A stretch of 64,000 nucleotides of DNA from the human T2T-CHM13v2.0 reference genome, Homo sapiens, in the NCBI RefSeq assembly GCF_009914755.1, contig NC_060930.1. One strand, written 5' to 3'. The notes under the pieces are model-generated. The model was not told where the DNA came from. It was given only the letters and a program-made list of their open reading frames with translations, and searched no databases. The position numbers were made by a program, and so were the translations under genes. Positions 56,946 to 64,000 of the stretch are shown in pieces (position 1 is the stretch's first letter; the number at the start of each line of letters is the position of its first letter).

Positions 56946-57155
56946 AAACACGTGAACTCACCTGCTTCCATCAACTTACATGATTTTCAGACCCTTCGGT
57001 CAACTTGGTGTCATAGAGTATGTATTAAAACTCAGCTTGATCTTAGATTATTTATATGAAGATCAAACAATTTTAAATATTATGGATTTGAGTGAGAAAT
57101 TTAAATTATTCCACCGTGATTACAGATTAATTGTACAGTCTTCATTAATCACATA

Positions 57156-57451
<296 letters not shown>

Positions 57452-57884
57452 TGATAGTTCAGCAAATTCAATTAAGTAAGCATTTCAAGACTTCTTGCTA
57501 TCCTCTAGAAACTTTGCTATACTAGGGATTAAAAGATGAATATAATAATTCCTTTTCTCCCCCTAAATTTTAGTTTAGCATAAGATTATATGATACTGTG
57601 TAAGTTCTATTCTTAGTTCTTTTAAAACGAGACTTGGATAGCTAGTACTAATTCATTCAGTGAATATTTGTGGAGCACTGCTATATTTGAAGCATGGTTT
57701 TCATTGTTGGAAATACTTGGTGGACAAAATGGACGCATATTACTGTTCTTGTGGAACTTATATTCTTGTGGAGGGGGAGACAAACAGTAAACAAATATAG
57801 TATGTCAGATAGTAATAAGTGCAAGGAGAAAAACCAAATAAAGCAGGGAGGAGGATAGGAAGTGCTTGCGGGCAGGGTAGGTAG

Positions 57885-58178
<294 letters not shown>

Positions 58179-58859
58179 GCTGCGGTTTTTGGAGAGTAGT
58201 TAGGGAGGCCTCACTGAGAAGATGTTGTGCAAAGACTCAAGAGAGGCGAGGAAGTGAGCCATGTGGATATCTGGGGAAAGTGGGTTTTAATTAGAGGGAA
58301 CAGCAACCGTGAGGTGGTAGCATGCAGGGTAGGTTCAAGGAATAGAAAGGATGTCAGCGTTGGTGGTAGTGATGGGCAGAACAAGGCAGAAATAAGGCTA
58401 CAAAGGTAATCAGCATGGGCATGTGAGGGTGGAGGAATACATATTGTGTAGAGGTTTCCAGACCATTGTAAAGCTTAAACTTTTTCTCTTAGTGACATGT
58501 AAAGCAATTGGAGGCTTTTGAGCTTAGGTATTGTGTGATGTGACTAAAGTTTTTAAATAACCCACTCTGGCTTTTATTTTGAAAATAGACTATGATGACA
58601 AGAGCAGAGACTGGCTATTTTAACTATCCAGATGAAAAATCAACAAAGTAGCATTGGAGGTAGTAAGTCGTTGCATTGGGGTTGATCTAAGATGACTTGC
58701 TAATGTATGGGTTATGGATTATGATAGAAAGAAAGGTGTCAGACATAACTTCAAGGTCTTTGTGCAGAGAAATGGGAAGGATGGAGTTGGCATTGACTGA
58801 GATAGGATGACTGGGGAAGAACAGGTTGGGGTTGCAGATCAGGAGGTCAGTTTTAGACA

Positions 58860-59180
58860 TGGTGGCAGAGACATTGCTGTGTTTTCACCAACCCTCTTTC
58901 ATACCCCTCTTTTCTGGTGCATCTCAGTTTCCTTACAGTTCAGCAGGGCCATATAACTAGTGCTGGCCTGTGAAATGTAAGGAGAAGTGATAATGTTGAT
59001 CATTTTGAGAATGAGGCAGTGAGAAGCCCCAGAATGATTCTTTGGTCTCTGTGTTCTCCTAGGGTGATGAAGGAGGAGGAGGCCTCAGGGAAACAATGGG
59101 GATCCCCAGTTATGAAGAACGCTGGATTGCTAGTGCACTGCATGGGGGGCACATTCTGAGGGGAGTGTTAACCAACTAAG
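58860..59180 (+). mobile_element. Old MLT1 LTR fragment
   Basis: gggccatataactagtgctggcctgtgaaatgtaaggagaagtg. Confidence 0.55.
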
Positions 59181-59767
59181 CTAATTAAACGCATGTGAAA
59201 TTTTACTTTCTCTTAGGCATATGCATCAGATGTAACCATTGGGAACTCAGGGAAATGAGTTGAACTTGAAATATAAATTTGGGAGGCTTCAAGATATCAA
59301 TGGTATTTCAAAACATTATATTTGTTGAAATCTCCAAAAGAATAAGTCTAGCTAGGGACAAATTAAAAGGACTAAGCCCTGGGCACCCCAGGTTAGAGAG
59401 CAAGGAGATGCTAGTTTACATAGATAGCTGCTTGATCCTAATACCCATAAGCAATGAGTTATGTCATAGACTGTATGTGGCCACATTCAGTGAATTTTCC
59501 TCCGAGGTGCTTCTTTCCAAATTTCCAAAAACACATATCCAGGTCACTGATTACTGGATTCACCTCTATCATAGCAGAAAGAGCACCATACAGCTATGAA
59601 TAGGTATTGAGACAGTATTCACTTATTTGAGATTTCCATCAAAGTAACCAAAATCATGAAATATTTAGAAGAAAATTCAGTCAACAAATAGTTTTCATTT
59701 TTTCATTGCTTTGTTTGTAGATGTGATGTTTCTAGGCACTTCAGGTTAGGAAAGAATTAATCTAATT

Positions 59768-59985
59768 AGAGTTTTTTAACCTCAGCATTGTTGACATTTT
59801 GGGCCACAAAATTCTTTGTAGTGTTGGGGAGGGGTGCTGTCCTGTACATTGTGTTATTTAGCAGCATCTCTGGTATCTACCCACTAGATGTCAGTAGCAC
59901 CCCCCTTCCTTTGTTGTGACAATAAAAAATGTCTTGAGACATTGCCAAATGTCTTCTCTGTGTGTGTCGGGGGGACCACAGATCT
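59768..59985 (-). mobile_element. MER20
   Basis: aacctcagcattgttgacattttgggcc...ctacccactagatgtcagtagcac...gacattgccaaatgtc. Confidence 0.85.
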
Positions 59986-60763
59986 ACATTACATCTGTTT
60001 CCAATGAGTGTTTTATTTATATACTTACTGCCTGCAAAACATTTGAGAAAGTTTACCTGAACATTTAATATAATATATACTATGCTATGATATATTATTG
60101 AGGGAACTGCAATGAAAAGCCAAAGACATAATATAGAATTTAAGCAAGAAAGCAAAATAATATTGCAAAGGTAACAGTACTATGCTATCAGCATGGAAAA
60201 TGTGTTCAATAAAAGACAAGAAAGGAATTATAGATAGACTAGGTTACACCTTCAATGGGTCTTGAAAGGCAGAATGAATTTGTATGGACAGAAGAGAACC
60301 TATCCTGGCCTGGGGAATATCAGGCATAAAAGCTCAGAGGTACCAAATATAAGGTGTTAAGGCCTGCCTAGGACTGTGGCTAGGTTAGAATTACTGAATC
60401 AGAAGCTCTGTGGGCATGAGGTTGTGAGGCAGTGGGAAATCTGGCTGAGACTAGACTGAAAAGGACTTTGAAGCCAAGCTGAGATGTTTTCGTGTTCTTG
60501 GGTGGCCACCATGATGCTCATTACTGCACAAAAGACAGAGATGTATAAGATAACAGTCCTGTATTTCTGGACTTTCTAACCTGGACATAATGGAAAATTA
60601 CATATAATTTTTCGGCAAGAGATTAATATATTTAAAATGATGTTTTAGGAAAATTAACCAGATGGTAGGGAGATTACTGAAGGTGGGAAATTGAGAGTAC
60701 GAGAGATGGCTTAGGGGATCTTGAAGGAGTTTGCGCATGAACTCAGAAAGGCTTAAACCAAGT

Positions 60764-61055
60764 GGCCGGGCACGGTGGCTCATGCCTGTAATCCCAGCAC
60801 TTTGGGAGGCCGAGGTGGGCGGATCACCTGAGGTCAGGTGACCAGCCTGGCCAACATGGTGAAACCCCATCTCTACTAAAAATACGAAAATTAGCCGGGT
60901 GTGGGGGCACACACCTGTAATCCCAGCTACTCGGGAGGCTGAAGTAGAAGAATCGCTGGAACCCAGGAGTCGGAGGTGGCAGTGAGCCAAGATCATGCCA
61001 CTGCACTGCACTCCAGCCTGGGCGACAGAGTGAGACTCCATTTCAATAAAAAAAA
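60764..61055 (+). mobile_element. AluS with a small internal deletion and a ctgca duplication
   Basis: Alu dimer; TSD-like aaaggcttaa. Confidence 0.93.
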
Positions 61056-61064
61056 GGCTTAAGT

Positions 61065-61200
61065 CAGGGATTGGCAATTTTTTTGAAATGTGAAAACAGC
61101 CGTAGACATTAAGTAAATGAATGGGCATGGTTGTGTTCCAGTAAAATTTTATTTACAAAAGCATGTGGCAGGTGGTGGGCCATACTTTGACAACCCCTGG
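61065..61200 (+). mobile_element. MER58-like hAT MITE
   Basis: cagggattggcaa...gggcatggttgtgttccagtaaaattttatttacaaaa...gacaacccctg. Confidence 0.75.
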
Positions 61201-62959
61201 CCTAAACTTATGACATGATGGTGGAAAGAAAGACATCGAGTAAAGAATCAATAAAAGGAACTTGAAAATAAAGCTTTGCTGAACTTGGTAACTAAACCAA
61301 ATAGAGTTAGTAGGAGGAAGGGCAAGGGGTGGACTTGGAGGAGGAAAAAGATTATCCTGGAGTTTCAAGCCTAGAAGATGTCATTAATAGAGTTTAGGAG
61401 CAGGTATCAATGACTTAAGGAAAGAGAAAGATGTGTTTGAATTGAGGACTTTTGAGAACATGTTAAACTAGCAATTGGTGAAGGCCTGCTGGGCCATGGG
61501 GGAGAAGTCTGGAACTTCTCCATGCTCATGTGTGGAACAGAACAGTATTTTCCTTGAGGTGATGCTTTTAAGGGGAGATGGTATCTGAGGAAGGGCAGAA
61601 GGATGAAGATAAACATAGGAGACCAGCATGTTTATGAAGTGCAAGGAGGAAGATGAACTGTAAGAAACTGAGAAAAGATAGGGAAATGAGAACCAGTAGG
61701 ATAAGAGTGTCTTCAGAGCCATGGCCAAGCTAACTCTCAGGAGGAATTGGTCATTACTGTCTGACGTTCCAAGAGGTCAAGCAGAATGGCACTGAGAAAG
61801 AGATTGTTTCATTTCTTGACCAGAAGGTTACTGGTGGCCCTTCAAAAGGAAGTCCCAAGAGAGTTGTGGTAAGAAAAGGCATCCCAGAGATTCAATTTAG
61901 AGAAGATAATGAGGAATTAAGAGAAAGTTTGTAAGTTTAAAGAAGAGACACAGAACAGCAATTGAATGGAGCACCTTCTTCCAAGAGGAGGCTTGCTTGT
62001 GTTTGATGACAGATTTTGAGAAGGATTCAGTGGAGAATAGACTTCAAGTTGTTGCAGAAGGGATGATGAGGTTAATGGAGAACAGAAAGAAGGTGAACTA
62101 GCTGGAGAGGAGTGATACACTCTGACTCTGGAAATTTAAGAGAACGTGGATATCCTGGAATTTTCCAAAGTGCTCTTCCTTAATGCATTCTTTTTACAGG
62201 AGGCAAATACCTTTGTCCAGGCAAGATCAGGAAGTAGATGGAAGCAGGGTTAGAATTAAGGGCTTAAGTAGTATAAAGAAGATTTGCAGTAGCCATTGTT
62301 ATAAAAAAATAGTAGGTGATCTCCTAGAACTCAATACTTGGATTATTGAGACATACTCAGTTTTCTTTTAGCAAAATATCTCTCATTGACTAGGACTTAA
62401 GGCTATACTGCTAGCATTGAAAATTTATTTTATTTTGTATTGAAACAATTAAGAAGATAAAGGGGAAAAATAAACACTTCTAAGATTAATGAATATGCCT
62501 CTCGTTATCTTTGGAAGAAACTATGTGGCCTGTTTTCCTTGGATATTAGCATCTCCAACAAATAGAAGAGCCTATGTTCATAAATATGATTGGGTCAAAT
62601 TTGACAATAGAGTCAGACTAAAGTTAGCTGACATTGACTTTAAAAGTACTTGCCTCAAAGTACTTGAAATTCGGTGGCTTCATATTTTCTTGGATTAGGG
62701 ATTGATTTCTCTGCTCAGACTTCTTCAGAATACAAATAACTTTGTAAGGGCTAATCTGTTAAAAAGTTTGTGTTAGCTCTCTTGGCAAGAGCTAGGATAG
62801 CAGGGTAGAAGGAGAACTGCGAAAACAAACAAACAAAGGAGAGTTAAAAATGAAAGGGCAAACACTCCCTACTTACTTTGCTTTGCTTTCATTATTTTGC
62901 CTAAACTGTTGTGGTTGACACACGTGGACAGTAGATTATAACTAGATTCTGAGCCCCAG

Positions 62960-63190
62960 ATGCCCACAGCTAACACTTATGTAATGCTCATTGTGTGCCA
63001 TGGGCTAAGTGCTATAAATGAATGTATATATAATATAAATGCATTAACTCATTTAATTCTCATGACGATTTGATGAGGTGAGCTCTATCTCCCAGTTTCT
63101 AGATGAGGGATTGACCAACTTGTGGGTAGGGGAGCAGAATCTTACCCCGGGAAGTGTGGCTTGAGAGTTGGCAATTGTAACTGCTGGACA
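62960..63190 (-). mobile_element. MIR
   Basis: ctcatttaattctcatgacg...cccagtttctagatgagg. Confidence 0.7.
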
Positions 63191-64000
63191 GATTTGTTAG
63201 AAAAATACCTTATTTATTTTTCAGTCCTCCACCCTGACTTGTGCCTTCATCAAAAAAGTTTGAAATGTTTTCAGTTCATACATAAGAAGAAAAAAATTTG
63301 ATATGGGTTTATTTTCCCCTATTAACATTTTCTTTGATTTACAATCTGTTGTATCAGACATGATGTGAAAGGGGTAGACAACAACCTAGACTATATTTAT
63401 TTTTCAATCTGCTAATGTGAAGAAAAAAGGGGAGGAGTTAGGTGAGATTTGGAGTCTGTAATGGTTTTTCTACACCAGGGTTTTTAGGGAGATTCTAAAT
63501 AGAGCACACTCTCATTTGTTTCAATTAAATGCCTTGCCCACTTAATCTCCTTTTCGTATTGCCATGCCTGATACAGAGGGCTCCAGGACTAGTTTACTAG
63601 GTGGTAGGACCTTTAGAGATTATGCTGTCCAAATCCTTTACGTTAGTTTAACAGATGCAAAAATGGAGACTGAAAGGGTTTAAGCAGAGTGAGAACATTA
63701 ACAACAACACTTTGTTTTGAAATGAGGTTTTTTGATTCGTTCCAACCTTCACACAAATTTGAAAGCATACTTTTGTGTAAGTTTCTTAATATTTGGAAAT
63801 TAACATCAGCCCCAGCCTCCCTGAAAACTGTGGTGAGTTATTACTATATATAAAGATTAATGAAATAATTGCTTTTGAGTTTCTACTACAATTGGTGGAT
63901 CAGGGTCATCTAAAAAAACTCAAGCAAAGGTGTGAAAACTTTATTTTGCATGTTTGTTTTTCTCCTAGTTATTATTTACTGCTCAATCAGCATTAACAGA

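Overview
Primate (most likely human) genomic DNA containing the 5' end of EYA4 on the + strand. It holds a CpG-island promoter (~13.4-15.9 kb), non-coding exon 1 (donor at 14651/14652), a ~33 kb intron 1 and coding exon 2 (47638-47735, ATG 47703, MEDSQDLNEQS), followed by intron 2. The rest is mostly mammalian interspersed repeats (Alu, MIR, L2, CR1, L1, MaLR, hAT and mariner MITEs), and nearly all ORFs in the supplied track are spurious or repeat-derived. The most unusual structure is a two-LTR HERV-L (MLT2A) provirus in intron 1. In it, gag-pro-most of RT is replaced by a ~220 bp 28S rRNA fragment, inserted antisense to the provirus with no poly(A) or TSD. Also notable: a TATA-driven upstream mini-exon that could splice into a strong acceptor inside exon 1, a 21-aa uORF whose stop overlaps AATAAA, and a near-perfect MADE1 (miR-548-type) hairpin. 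Repeat names and consensus comparisons come from recalled sequences, and boundaries of old repeats are approximate.
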